Assembly (NCBI GenBank): GCA_035402805.1
Contig: DAONDY010000001.1
Span: forward strand, 253,672-317,671
Length of the DNA: 64,000 nucleotides
DNA from: Candidatus Woesebacteria bacterium
GTDB lineage: Bacteria > Patescibacteriota > Microgenomatia > UBA12405
Reading direction: 5' to 3'
Below, piece by piece: positions 47,984 through 57,737 of the stretch (position 1 is the first letter of the stretch; each line of letters starts with the position of its first letter). Both the position numbers and the translations under genes were made by a program. A model generated the notes under the pieces. It saw only the letters and a list, made by a program, of their open reading frames with translations. It ran no database searches and was not told the origin of the DNA.

Positions 47984-50791
47984 TCTAAATTCAAAGATGT
48001 TCCTCAAAATCAAAGTTTTCCTGCTCTCGAAGAAGAGATAATTTCTTTTTGGAAAGAAAACAAAATTTTTGAAAAATCTGTTGATCAAAGACCAGCCGAT
48101 AACGCCTACACTTTTTATGATGGCCCTCCGTTCATCACTGGTATGCCTCATCATGGCCATTTATTATCCAGCATCGCCAAAGACATTATTCCTCGATATC
48201 AAACCATGAAAGGTAAAAAAGTTAGAAGAGTTTGGGGTTGGGATTGCCATGGTCTTCCAGCTGAAAATAAAGTCGAAGAAAAACTTGGTTTAAAATCCAA
48301 AAAAGACATCGAACAAATCGGTATCAAAAAATATATCGAAGAATGTTATTCCTATGTTCAAAATGTTTCTCAAGAATGGCCCTGGTATATTGATCATATT
48401 GGTCGTTGGGTTGATCTAGAACATGCCTACAAAACCATGGATTTAAATTATATGGAAAGTGTTATGTGGGTTTTTTCTGAATTATATAAAAAAGGTTTAA
48501 TTTACAAAGGTCGTCGAATTTCTCTTTATTGTCCTCGTTGCTCCACTCCACTTTCTAATTTTGAAATCGCCATGGATAATTCCTATAAAGATGTTGAAGA
48601 TCCAGCCATTTCTATCAAATTTAAATTAAAAGACCGAGATGCTTTTATATTAGCTTGGACCACTACCCCTTGGACTCTCCCTGGAAATTTAGCCTTAGCT
48701 GTCAATAAAAATGAAAATTATGTTGAAATCAATATAAATAATGAAAATATTATTTTATCTAAAGCCCGATTTGAATCAGTTTTAGGTAATCAAGAATATA
48801 AAATAATTAAAGAGTTTAAAGGTCAAGAATTGATCGGACTTTCTTATGAACCTCTCTATAATTTTTTCGAAGTAACTTCGACTGATTATAAAATCTATCA
48901 CGCTGATTTTGTTTCTATGACCGATGGCACCGGAATCGTTCACATTGCTCCTGGCTTTGGTGAAGACGATTCAGCTCTTGGTAAGGCCAATAATTTATCT
49001 GTTATTGACCATGTTGATGATGAAGGCAAAATAATTGACAAAGTAATTCCTTTTGCTGGTCTTTTTGTTAAAAAAGCCGATCCTTTGGTTGTTGATGATT
49101 TAAAATCAAGAAATTTAATTTTTAAAGAAGAGAAAATTAAGCACAGCTATCCTTTTTGTTATCGTTGTGGCACTCCTTTAATTTATAAATCTCAAACCGC
49201 CTGGTATTTAAATGTCCAATCCATCAAACCAGGAATGAAGGAGACTAATCAAAAAATTAATTGGGTTCCAGAACATATTAAAAATGGCCGTTTTGGGCAG
49301 GGGATTGAAACCGCCCCAGATTGGTGTCTTTCTCGATCTCGCTATTGGGCCTCTCCTGTCCCAGTTTGGGAATGTGACTGTGGCGAACGTTATGTTCCAG
49401 AATCAATTGCTGATTTAGAAGCTCGCTCTGGTCAAAAAGTAACCAATCTTCACAAGCCTGATATTGACAAAGTCGTTGTTAAATGTGATAAGTGTGGAAA
49501 AGACGTCCACCGTGTTCCGGAAGTTTTGGATTGTTGGTTTGAATCAGGTTCCATGCCTTATGCTGAACGCCATTATCCATTTGAAAATAAAGATCGATTA
49601 GAAAAAGAATTTCCTGCTGATTATATCGTCGAATATATCGGCCAAACTCGAGGTTGGTTCTACACACTTCACACTTTATCTAATGCTCTTTTTCAATCAG
49701 AATCATTCAAAAATTGTGTTGTTACCGGCACCATTATGGGCAATGATGGTCGCAAGATGAGTAAACTTTTCAAAAATTTCCCTGATACTAAAATGGTTCT
49801 CCAAAAATATGGTGGGGAAGCTATGCGTCTTTATTTAATGAGTGGTGTCATTATGGTTGGAGAAAATATGAACATCAATGAAAAAGAGATTGAAGATAAG
49901 GTTAAATTTATTCTTCTTCCTCTTTGGAATTGTCTTAAATATCTCACCACTTATGCCCAAATGTATAATTGGACTCCAAACTTAAATTCCACTAACAATT
50001 TCAAAAACATTCTTGATCAATGGATAATTACTAGAACCGATCAATTTACCAAAGATTTTGGCCAAGAATTAGATAAATATATTATTCCCAACGCAGTTAA
50101 ATTAGTAACTCCTTACATTGAAGATTTATCGCGTTGGTACATTCGACAATCACGAGATCGATTCGTTAACGGTGATCAAGAAGCACTTCAAACTCTTTGG
50201 CAGGTTTTAGTTCAATTTACTAAAACATCAGCTCCATTAATCCCTTTCATCACTGAATATTTTTGGCAAAATCTAGTTTTACCTTTTGATTCCAACGCTA
50301 AAGAATCAGTTCACCTAGAACTTTATCCAGAAATAAAATCGATTGATCAACAATTATTAGACAATATGACCTATGTTAGAGAAATTTGTGAACAAGGAAA
50401 CATGGTCAGAAAAACTAATAATATCAGCACTCGTCAACCACTATTAAAAGCCATTATTAATAATTCTCAAAAAATAAATTTAAGTCCTGAATTAATAGAA
50501 GTTGTTAAAAACGAATTAAATGTTAAAGATATCGAAACAATTTTATCCAATGATAATTTAACTGTATCTCTCGACACTAATATTACTCCTGAATTAAAAG
50601 CTGAAGGTGATGCTCGAGATTTAATTCGCCAAATTCAAAGTCTTCGTAAAGAAAATCAATTGGATTTAAAAGACAAAATTAAAATTTTTGCTCCAGATTG
50701 GCCAGCTAAATTCGAAAAAGAAATTCTGTCAAAAACACTCGGGCAAAGCATAACTAAATCAGAAAACATTAAGATTGAAAAAATAAGTTAA
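47981..50791 (+). CDS. ileS: isoleucine--tRNA ligase (type 2, archaeal/eukaryote-like)
   Basis: FYDGPPFITGMPHHGH (HIGH region, type-2 IleS style), KMSKLFKN (KMSKS), CP1 editing domain. 936 aa. Confidence 0.9.
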   Translation: MSKFKDVPQNQSFPALEEEIISFWKENKIFEKSVDQRPADNAYTFYDGPPFITGMPHHGHLLSSIAKDIIPRYQTMKGKKVRRVWGWDCHGLPAENKVEEKLGLKSKKDIEQIGIKKYIEECYSYVQNVSQEWPWYIDHIGRWVDLEHAYKTMDLNYMESVMWVFSELYKKGLIYKGRRISLYCPRCSTPLSNFEIAMDNSYKDVEDPAISIKFKLKDRDAFILAWTTTPWTLPGNLALAVNKNENYVEININNENIILSKARFESVLGNQEYKIIKEFKGQELIGLSYEPLYNFFEVTSTDYKIYHADFVSMTDGTGIVHIAPGFGEDDSALGKANNLSVIDHVDDEGKIIDKVIPFAGLFVKKADPLVVDDLKSRNLIFKEEKIKHSYPFCYRCGTPLIYKSQTAWYLNVQSIKPGMKETNQKINWVPEHIKNGRFGQGIETAPDWCLSRSRYWASPVPVWECDCGERYVPESIADLEARSGQKVTNLHKPDIDKVVVKCDKCGKDVHRVPEVLDCWFESGSMPYAERHYPFENKDRLEKEFPADYIVEYIGQTRGWFYTLHTLSNALFQSESFKNCVVTGTIMGNDGRKMSKLFKNFPDTKMVLQKYGGEAMRLYLMSGVIMVGENMNINEKEIEDKVKFILLPLWNCLKYLTTYAQMYNWTPNLNSTNNFKNILDQWIITRTDQFTKDFGQELDKYIIPNAVKLVTPYIEDLSRWYIRQSRDRFVNGDQEALQTLWQVLVQFTKTSAPLIPFITEYFWQNLVLPFDSNAKESVHLELYPEIKSIDQQLLDNMTYVREICEQGNMVRKTNNISTRQPLLKAIINNSQKINLSPELIEVVKNELNVKDIETILSNDNLTVSLDTNITPELKAEGDARDLIRQIQSLRKENQLDLKDKIKIFAPDWPAKFEKEILSKTLGQSITKSENIKIEKIS

Positions 50792-50800
50792 ACTTGTCTA

Positions 50801-51796
50801 ATGTCAAAATCATTATGGTTGCCAACTTTGATTAGTTTGTCAGTTCTGTTTTGTATCAACATTTTGATGATCAGTTCCATTGCCCCAAATTTAATTCTCA
50901 AACAACTTATCGCCTGGTTTTTAGGCTTAATTCTTTTTTTAATCGGCAAACAAATAAATTTAAAACAACTTAGCTCTTACAAATGGCCAATTTTTATTGT
51001 TTGCTGCGTTCTTCTCCTTTTACCTATAGTTTTAAACAGCATTACTCGAGGTTCTCGCCGTTGGATTTATTTAGCCGGTCTTACCCTTCAACCTTCAGAA
51101 ATGGTTAAGCCTTGGCTAATGTCATTTTTAGCCAGTTCCAATATACCCCTTCTTCATATCATTCCTGTTGCCATAATTATGATTCAACCAGATCTGGGCA
51201 GTGCTATTTCTGTGTTTTTTTTAATTATTCCCATAATCTTATATAACAAAAAATTGCTTCGACTTTCGCTTGTTTTAGGATTAATTTTTATTGTAATCTC
51301 CCCTTTAGTTTACAAATATGTTTTACATGATTATCAGCAAAAAAGAATTATTACTTTTTTAAACCCTAAAGCCGATCCTTTGGGTGAAGGTTATAATGTT
51401 ATCCAATCTCAAATCGCTATCGGTTCCGGTGGTTTTTTTGGAAAAGGTTATAAAAAGGGGACTCAAGGTCAATTACTTTTTTTACCAGAAAAACATACCG
51501 ATTTTATGTTCGCTACCACAGCTGAAGAATTAGGATTCGTTGGTATCATTATTGTTTTATTTGCCTATTATCTATTAATTAGCACTTTATTTAATAAAGC
51601 TTTTTCCACAGTAAACAGACCCTTATTTCTTTTTACTCTCGGAATTGCCATTCAAATTTGGATGCAAGCTTTCGTTAATATCGGGATGAATATCGGTCTT
51701 CTACCAGTAACTGGAATCCCTTTACCATTCATTTCCGTTGGTGGCTCATCCATAATGACATTACTTTTTTCTCTCGGAATTATCTATTCTTCCTAA
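50801..51796 (+). CDS. rodA: SEDS-family protein (RodA-like), second copy in window
   Basis: TDFMFATTAEELGFVG and GIPLPFISVGGSS motifs. 331 aa. Confidence 0.75.
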   Translation: MSKSLWLPTLISLSVLFCINILMISSIAPNLILKQLIAWFLGLILFLIGKQINLKQLSSYKWPIFIVCCVLLLLPIVLNSITRGSRRWIYLAGLTLQPSEMVKPWLMSFLASSNIPLLHIIPVAIIMIQPDLGSAISVFFLIIPIILYNKKLLRLSLVLGLIFIVISPLVYKYVLHDYQQKRIITFLNPKADPLGEGYNVIQSQIAIGSGGFFGKGYKKGTQGQLLFLPEKHTDFMFATTAEELGFVGIIIVLFAYYLLISTLFNKAFSTVNRPLFLFTLGIAIQIWMQAFVNIGMNIGLLPVTGIPLPFISVGGSSIMTLLFSLGIIYSS

Positions 51797-51807
51797 GAAT
51801 CTTAACC

Positions 51808-51835
51808 TTGTCAAGATAATTTCCTATGCTATAAT
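51808..51835 (+). promoter_or_regulatory. sigma70-like promoter of rplU-rpmA (-35 TTGTCA, 16-nt spacer, -10 TATAAT)
   Basis: Near-consensus hexamers at 51808-51813 and 51830-51835. The ATG at 51844 implies a leader of about 5 nt. Confidence 0.45.
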
Positions 51836-51843
51836 CGAACAGT

Positions 51844-52158
51844 ATGAAATACGCCGTTATTGCCATTTCTGGCACCCAACATCAAGTTGAAGAAAATCAA
51901 AAAATTGTCGTTGATCTTTTAGATGTAAAAGAAAATGAAAAATCCTCAACCGATCAAGTTTTATTAACTGTTAATGAAGATGACGTTAAAGTTGGCACTC
52001 CAACTGTTAAAAATGCTTCTGTTGAATTTAAAGTTTTAAAACATTTTCAAGGTAAAAAACTTAAAGTTTTTAAATATAAATCAAAATCACGTTATCGTAA
52101 AACTACTGGTTTTCGCCCTCAATTAAGCGAAATTCAAATTACCAAAATTAACTTTTAA
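51844..52158 (+). CDS. rplU: 50S ribosomal protein L21
   Basis: MKYAVIAISGTQHQV... L21 signature. 104 aa. Confidence 0.9.
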   Translation: MKYAVIAISGTQHQVEENQKIVVDLLDVKENEKSSTDQVLLTVNEDDVKVGTPTVKNASVEFKVLKHFQGKKLKVFKYKSKSRYRKTTGFRPQLSEIQITKINF

Positions 52159-52190
52159 CTTTATAACTTGATAAACTTTTAACTAAAAAT

Positions 52191-52442
52191 ATGGCACATA
52201 CAAAATCACAAGGTAAAACAAATCAAAAAGCTAATCGACCCGGTCAAAGACGGGGTGTTAAAGTTTTTGGTAGTCAAAAAATCAACACCGGAGAAATCAT
52301 TGTCAGACAAGTTGGCTCTAGTTTCCATGCTGGTAAAGGCGCAAAAACCGGCAAAGATTTTACCATCTATGCCATCAGACCAGGTATCGTCAAATTTTTC
52401 AAAAAATTTGGCAAAAACATCGTTTCTGTCATAAAAGGTTAA
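52191..52442 (+). CDS. rpmA: 50S ribosomal protein L27
   Basis: MAHTKSQGKT...GQRRGVKVFG...FHAGKG L27 signature. 83 aa. Confidence 0.9.
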   Translation: MAHTKSQGKTNQKANRPGQRRGVKVFGSQKINTGEIIVRQVGSSFHAGKGAKTGKDFTIYAIRPGIVKFFKKFGKNIVSVIKG

Positions 52443-52508
52443 GATTGATTTAGTTTGAATCATTTTTGGATACTTTTTTCACGAGACTTTTCATAGTAAT
52501 CTTATTCT

Positions 52509-53348
52509 ATGATGAAACAGGTCAGCCAAATTCCAACTAATCAATTAGAACCAAACCCACTTCAACCACGAGGAATTATTAACCAAGAATCGATTTCTGA
52601 ATTAATTGAATCCATTAAAGAACACGGAATTCTCGAACCACTCATCGTTGCTAAAACTCCAGCCGGATACCAAATAATCGCCGGAGAAAGGCGCTGGCGA
52701 GCTGCTAGAACCCTTAAACTAGAATATGTTCCAGCTATTATCAAAGAAACCACACCTCAACAGATGTTAGAGATGGCTATTGTAGAGAATGTCCAACGAA
52801 AAGATCTTAATCCAATAGAAAGAGCTAAAGCTTTTCTGCGATTAAAAGAAGAATTTAGCTTTGATAATAACCAAATTTCCAAAAAAGTCAGCAAAAGTGT
52901 TCCTTATGTTATCAATTGTCTAAAATTATTAACTCTCCCAGATGCCATTAAAGACGGGTTATTATCCGGTTTAATCAGTGAAGGTCATGCCCGAGCTTTA
53001 TCTGGAATAGGGGATACCCGTCTAATGATTGAAGCTTATAAAATTATTTTGAAAGAAAAAGCTTCTGTTCGTAGAGCCGAAGATATTGCTAGAAGAATGC
53101 GTAAAAAAATAGAAGAAGGCGATGTCCCAATTACTAAAGAAAATCTACCTCAATTTTTAAAATCAAAAATTGATAATATTAGCCAAGATATGCAGTCTGT
53201 TTTTAATAATAAGACCACTTCGGTTAAAATCGTCCAAACAAATATTTTAACCAAGGTAACTTTCCAATTTAAAGGACCAATCGATCAAAGGTTTGATGAA
53301 CTAAAAAATCTCTATAAACAAATTTGTAAAAAAGATCTTCAAAATTAA
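52509..53348 (+). CDS. parB: ParB/Spo0J-family partition protein
   Basis: ParB N-terminal box GERRWRAAR and HTH middle domain. Confidence 0.85.
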   Translation: MMKQVSQIPTNQLEPNPLQPRGIINQESISELIESIKEHGILEPLIVAKTPAGYQIIAGERRWRAARTLKLEYVPAIIKETTPQQMLEMAIVENVQRKDLNPIERAKAFLRLKEEFSFDNNQISKKVSKSVPYVINCLKLLTLPDAIKDGLLSGLISEGHARALSGIGDTRLMIEAYKIILKEKASVRRAEDIARRMRKKIEEGDVPITKENLPQFLKSKIDNISQDMQSVFNNKTTSVKIVQTNILTKVTFQFKGPIDQRFDELKNLYKQICKKDLQN

Positions 53349-53935
53349 AACCTGACAGTGGGAACTAATCCGAGAGAACTTAATGGCCAGTACTTAAAGA
53401 AGGCCTTTCCTATAATCAAATCTTCTTTTATTGGACCAAATTCTCGACCATCTCGAGAATGTTGTCTATTATCTCCAAAACACAAGTATTGACCTTCGGG
53501 AACTGTTTGTTCGACTCCTTCTTTACTATATTGACCAGCCTCACTTATCACTCCTTCTGGCAAAAAAGTTTGATTTAATAATTCACCATTTAAATAAACC
53601 TGACCACCCTTAACCATAACTTTATCTCCAGGTAAACCAATGACTCTTTTAATATATTCGCATTCTTCAGCCGCACATGGTTCACCTGCCGGAGCTTTAA
53701 AAACTACCACATCACCTCTCTTTGGTGTTCCAAACTGATAAGATAATTTTTCTGTTAACAAAAATTCTTTATCTACAAAATTAGGCACCATTGAGCTTCC
53801 TTTAACCTCATTTGGTTGAGCCACAAATAAATAGAGTAGAACAAAAACAGCTAAGGCTAAAACTATTGACTGAATAAAATCCAACACAAAAGAACCAATT
53901 GAACCGCCTTGTTTTTTATAAATTTTGTTTTGCAT
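53345..53935 (-). CDS. lepB: signal peptidase I
   Basis: GSSMVPNF (Ser box), KRVIGLPGD, GDNRQHSRDGR motifs. Confidence 0.9.
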   Translation of the reverse strand: MQNKIYKKQGGSIGSFVLDFIQSIVLALAVFVLLYLFVAQPNEVKGSSMVPNFVDKEFLLTEKLSYQFGTPKRGDVVVFKAPAGEPCAAEECEYIKRVIGLPGDKVMVKGGQVYLNGELLNQTFLPEGVISEAGQYSKEGVEQTVPEGQYLCFGDNRQHSRDGREFGPIKEDLIIGKAFFKYWPLSSLGLVPTVRF

Positions 53936-53967
53936 AATGAATAATTATAGTGTAATTTTAGCGATCT

Positions 53968-53976
53968 TGGTATAAT
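53968..53976 (+). promoter_or_regulatory. extended -10 promoter element TGGTATAAT
   Basis: TGnTATAAT match located about 18 nt upstream of the hairpin repeat array and about 115 nt upstream of the GIY-YIG start. Confidence 0.3.
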
Positions 53977-53993
53977 CTGATTTATTGAGGTTG

Positions 53994-54067
53994 TTTTCAG
54001 CCACAGGCTGATGAGCCTCTGGCTCAAGCTCAGTTTCAGCCAAAGGCTGATCGGCCTCTGGTCGAGG
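53994..54067 (+). repeat. two-unit imperfect tandem repeat (~39-nt period), each unit forming two GC-rich 5-bp hairpins
   Basis: Unit 1 CAGCCacaGGCTGatGAGCCtctGGCTC. Unit 2 CAGCCaaaGGCTGatCGGCCtctGGTCG. GC-rich against an AT-rich background. Confidence 0.6.
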
Positions 54068-54091
54068 TTAGAGCATTCATGTAAAAATAAT

Positions 54092-54352
54092 ATGTATTTC
54101 GTATATTTTTTAAAAAGTCTTAAGAATGAAAAAATATATGTTGGTTATACAGAAAAAGATCCTCAGATTAGATTAAAAGAACATAACCAAGGTTGCAACA
54201 GTTGGAGTAAAAACAATAATCCCTTTGTTTTAATTTACTTTGAAAAATATCATTGCAAAACAGACGCTATTGCAAGAGAAAGTTTTTATAAATCTGGTTT
54301 TGGAAAAAAAATTAAAAAAGTTATAATAGATACACTTACAAAGGTTGTTTAG
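54092..54352 (+). CDS. GIY-YIG nuclease-superfamily small protein (UPF0213/YhbQ-like)
   Basis: MYFVYFLKSLKNEKIYVGYTEKDPQIRLKEHNQG matches the GIY-YIG signature. Start moved to ATG 54092. The upstream part of the track ORF is read-through of the hairpin array. Confidence 0.65.
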   Translation: MYFVYFLKSLKNEKIYVGYTEKDPQIRLKEHNQGCNSWSKNNNPFVLIYFEKYHCKTDAIARESFYKSGFGKKIKKVIIDTLTKVV

Positions 54353-54416
54353 CTCAGTTGGTTAGAGCGTTTCGTTCACATCGAAGAGGTCACAGGTTCG
54401 AGTCCTGTAACAACCA
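54343..54416 (+). tRNA. tRNA-Val (anticodon CAC)
   Basis: Cloverleaf: acceptor GGTTGTT/AACAACC, D-arm GCTC-AGTTGGTTA-GAGC, anticodon arm TTTCG-TTCACAT-CGAAG, T-arm ACAGG-TTCGAGT-CCTGT. No encoded CCA. Confidence 0.85.
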
Positions 54417-56858
54417 CTTTTTAAACTCATCTCTATGGCCTTTCATTAAAACTTCATTGCCATAATTTAAAGCCGTAAAGTTATTGGCACAAATTTCAGA
54501 ATAATCTTTTTCATCTAAATCATTTCTATTTTCTTCTAAAATTTTAGTCATCTTTTCATAACTAATTGCCATATTTTCATTAATTCCTGAATATTTTTTA
54601 TATTTTAAACCAACCACTCTCTCGATTAAATTTTGATAGTTGTTAACTATTTTTAAACCACTTATTGCCTTATTTTTAAGGCATTTTTCAATTAAAGATA
54701 ACCAAATCGTTGTGTTATCTATAATTTTTTGACTAATATTTTTTTCGCTAGTTATCCTTCTAAAATTAAAAATACTTCTAATTAATTTTTTTGGTTGATT
54801 TTTATCTAAAGACTTCAGAGATTCTTTCAAGTCTTTACTGTTTTTATTTAAAACTAAAAGAGAATTTAAATCTTCCTTAATAATCGATTTTAAAAATAAA
54901 ATGTTATTTTTATCATTAACAATTTCACCATCATTTGGATCAACTTTAACTACCCCTTCCTCTCCATTAACGACATTCTTTTCCCAATACGACCATTGAT
55001 TATTGTCAGTATTACCAGTAACGATATGAATTAAGCCATTTCCACTTCCAATATAGTTGATGTTGCAAATTTTATAGTTGTTATTTTTAATAACCACAAA
55101 CCCATCCTTTTCCAAAATAGGGGAATCATTGTCACATTGTACAGAGTAATTAACCGGCGAACCAATGAAAAATACCAAAGTATTTTTTAGATTTTCATTT
55201 TGATCAATAATTTCAACCTGACTTAAGCCAATTTCCATCATCACTTGATTAACTGTTTTATCTACAATTTCCCCATGATTACTATCTAATTCCACAAAAC
55301 CATTTTTATCATAATTAGCACTTTTAATTAAAACCGTTCCATCACCTTCATTTGTATATAAAAAATTATTAATTCTTCCATCTGGCCAAATACCCAACAC
55401 CCTATCAAAAACATTATTGTTTTTTAAATTAATCGAATCTATTGTCTTAACACCATTTCCAACGAACAATTTTAAATTTACCCCCAAATCAACATTTGTA
55501 TTATTCTTTTCTATCAAATAATTATTTTTTGTTTCCAACTGACTCGTAAAATCAACACCATTTTTAGATACAAAACTAAAAGTTGGCAATAAATCTTTTA
55601 CAGAGGGAATATAAGTTCTAACTGCATCCATATCTGTTTTAGTGGTTAAACCCTTAAGTTTTAGTAAAATTTTAAAAGCAATTGAACTTATATTTGATAA
55701 ATCAGAAATCTGCCCGCCATTCCAAGCTTCATATGCATCTACAGATCCTAAGTGTGGACTACCCAAAGTAATAATTTTTTCTAGTCTAGTATCGTCTTTA
55801 TTATCTTCTGCCCAAATTCTAGCTGCTAATCCACCTAAACTGTGACCAATCAAAATAACCTTTTCACTCGAATTAATTTTTTGACCAATAAAATTATCTA
55901 AATCATTAACAATACTCGATAATGGTTTTCTCCAATCATAATTCCAAACATAAAAATCTTCATTTTCTTTCAAACTATTATCTTTTAAGGCTTCTATTAA
56001 ACCTTCATAATTTTTAACAAAAGGTGTCATTTTCCATTGATCATTATTGACATTTTTATCATAAACAATCGCCTCCGAGTTCCAACTCGCCCCTAAACCA
56101 GGGATAATAATTATTTTCGGTGTAGGGGTAGGGGTGGGGGTAGATGTAGGTGTGGGTGTAGAAGTCGGTCCTTCATCATAATTAAAATCACCAACAATAA
56201 GATTGTCAAATAAATTTCTAGTTGATCCATAACAAAAACTACCACCCCAATTATAGAAGCCAAAACTTCCAGTCAAAATAGGGTTTTCATCATTTAAATC
56301 TATCACTAAAACTGAATCAAAATATATTTTTATATTTGATGATATAACCTCAATTTTAACTTTATGAACCTCATTTTGTGTTAAACGTACTTTACTAGGT
56401 TCATTAAAAGTTGATAATGCACTATACCCGATACTGGAATTATATTTCCATAAAACAATCTCTCCTCCTTCAGACCAATCAGAATCATTAAACCTCAAAT
56501 TCAACATATAATATTCACTTCTATTTTCATTAATTCTAAAAACAATCTCTTGGTCAACACCATTTTCATTTATAGAGTCAAATCTAATCGAATAATCAGA
56601 TAAATTCCAAAAAGATTTAGCTATTAAAAAAGAAGATTGATACCAAGTAACCTCACCTAATAAATTACCATTTGATGGTGTCCAACTATTTTTTACTGAA
56701 GGATATTCTGAAGAGTGATCAACAAACAACTCCCAACTATCTAAACTGTCTCCATCAAAATTATCCGAAAAATATTCCATGCCTAAAACACCTTTGACAT
56801 TAATCATAAATGATAAAATCAAAAAGAGTGTTAAATATATTTTAGTTTTTAAATACAC
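54390..56858 (-). CDS. secreted multidomain protein: N-terminal lectin/glucanase-like beta-sandwich, Pro/Thr linker, alpha/beta-hydrolase lipase domain (LCAT/PGAP1-like, GHSLGG, YDWR)
   Basis: Signal peptide, PTSTPTPTSTPTPTPTP linker, IIPGLGASW...YDWR...GHSLGG lipase-type motifs. 822 aa. The 3' end overlaps the antisense tRNA-Val by 27 nt. Confidence 0.5.
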   Translation of the reverse strand: MYLKTKIYLTLFLILSFMINVKGVLGMEYFSDNFDGDSLDSWELFVDHSSEYPSVKNSWTPSNGNLLGEVTWYQSSFLIAKSFWNLSDYSIRFDSINENGVDQEIVFRINENRSEYYMLNLRFNDSDWSEGGEIVLWKYNSSIGYSALSTFNEPSKVRLTQNEVHKVKIEVISSNIKIYFDSVLVIDLNDENPILTGSFGFYNWGGSFCYGSTRNLFDNLIVGDFNYDEGPTSTPTPTSTPTPTPTPKIIIIPGLGASWNSEAIVYDKNVNNDQWKMTPFVKNYEGLIEALKDNSLKENEDFYVWNYDWRKPLSSIVNDLDNFIGQKINSSEKVILIGHSLGGLAARIWAEDNKDDTRLEKIITLGSPHLGSVDAYEAWNGGQISDLSNISSIAFKILLKLKGLTTKTDMDAVRTYIPSVKDLLPTFSFVSKNGVDFTSQLETKNNYLIEKNNTNVDLGVNLKLFVGNGVKTIDSINLKNNNVFDRVLGIWPDGRINNFLYTNEGDGTVLIKSANYDKNGFVELDSNHGEIVDKTVNQVMMEIGLSQVEIIDQNENLKNTLVFFIGSPVNYSVQCDNDSPILEKDGFVVIKNNNYKICNINYIGSGNGLIHIVTGNTDNNQWSYWEKNVVNGEEGVVKVDPNDGEIVNDKNNILFLKSIIKEDLNSLLVLNKNSKDLKESLKSLDKNQPKKLIRSIFNFRRITSEKNISQKIIDNTTIWLSLIEKCLKNKAISGLKIVNNYQNLIERVVGLKYKKYSGINENMAISYEKMTKILEENRNDLDEKDYSEICANNFTALNYGNEVLMKGHRDEFKKWLLQDSNL

Positions 56859-56885
56859 AATTTAAATGTAAATTAATTATCAATA

Positions 56886-57737
56886 ATGTCAACTAGCAAA
56901 AAATCTATAATAATTATTAATTATAATTCATCGGAAAATACCAATAATTTGTTAATATCTATCAAAAAAAATATCTACAAATATATCAACGAGATAATCA
57001 TTATAGACAATAATTCAAAAGATATTAAAAAATTAAACATTAACGACAAAAAAATTAGGTTAATAAAAAACAAAAAAAATTTTGGATTTGCTAAAGCAGT
57101 CAATCAAGGAATAAATAAATCAAAAAACAATTTACTAATATTATTAAATCCAGACACAACCATCATAAATGATTCTATTTTGACAACAATTAGCTTAATA
57201 GAAAACGATAAAAACATTGGTGTAATAGGTGGAAAAATAAAATATAAAAATAAAGATATATTCACAGCCAATAATGTTCCAACATTTTTCACTGGCCTTT
57301 TTGAATTTACTAATCTTAAAAAAATATTTCCAAACAATAAATACACTTTAAATTTTTGGCCAGAAAAATCTAAAAAAATAATGAAACCAATTAACGTTTA
57401 TGGAGTTTGTGGAGCTTATTTAATATTTAAAAAATATGATAAAAAAGGGAACATAAACTATTTTAATGAGGACTATTTTTTATATCTAGAAGATTTAGAC
57501 TTTTGTTTAAAAATGAGAAAGAAAGGTTACAAAGTTATTTTTGATCCAAGATCAGAAATATTACACCTAGGTGGAGCCAGTAGTCAGAACATATACAATA
57601 TGGCGTTAAATCACTGGTATAAATCAAGAAAAATATTTTTTAAAAAACATTTAAATAAGCTTGAAGGTATAATATTAAATATAATATTTACGATAGAAGA
57701 ATTATTTTTAAAAATACGACTTTTTATAAAACCATGA
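56886..57737 (+). CDS. glycosyltransferase family 2
   Basis: IIIINYNSSENT ... IIIDNNSKD ... LLNPDT motifs. Confidence 0.75.
   Translation: MSTSKKSIIIINYNSSENTNNLLISIKKNIYKYINEIIIIDNNSKDIKKLNINDKKIRLIKNKKNFGFAKAVNQGINKSKNNLLILLNPDTTIINDSILTTISLIENDKNIGVIGGKIKYKNKDIFTANNVPTFFTGLFEFTNLKKIFPNNKYTLNFWPEKSKKIMKPINVYGVCGAYLIFKKYDKKGNINYFNEDYFLYLEDLDFCLKMRKKGYKVIFDPRSEILHLGGASSQNIYNMALNHWYKSRKIFFKKHLNKLEGIILNIIFTIEELFLKIRLFIKP

Noticed and set aside
52444-52470. Weak hairpin TGATT-tagtttg-AATCA + T5 after rpmA as a terminator
   Set aside because: Only a 5-bp AT-rich stem. Too weak to report as a feature.
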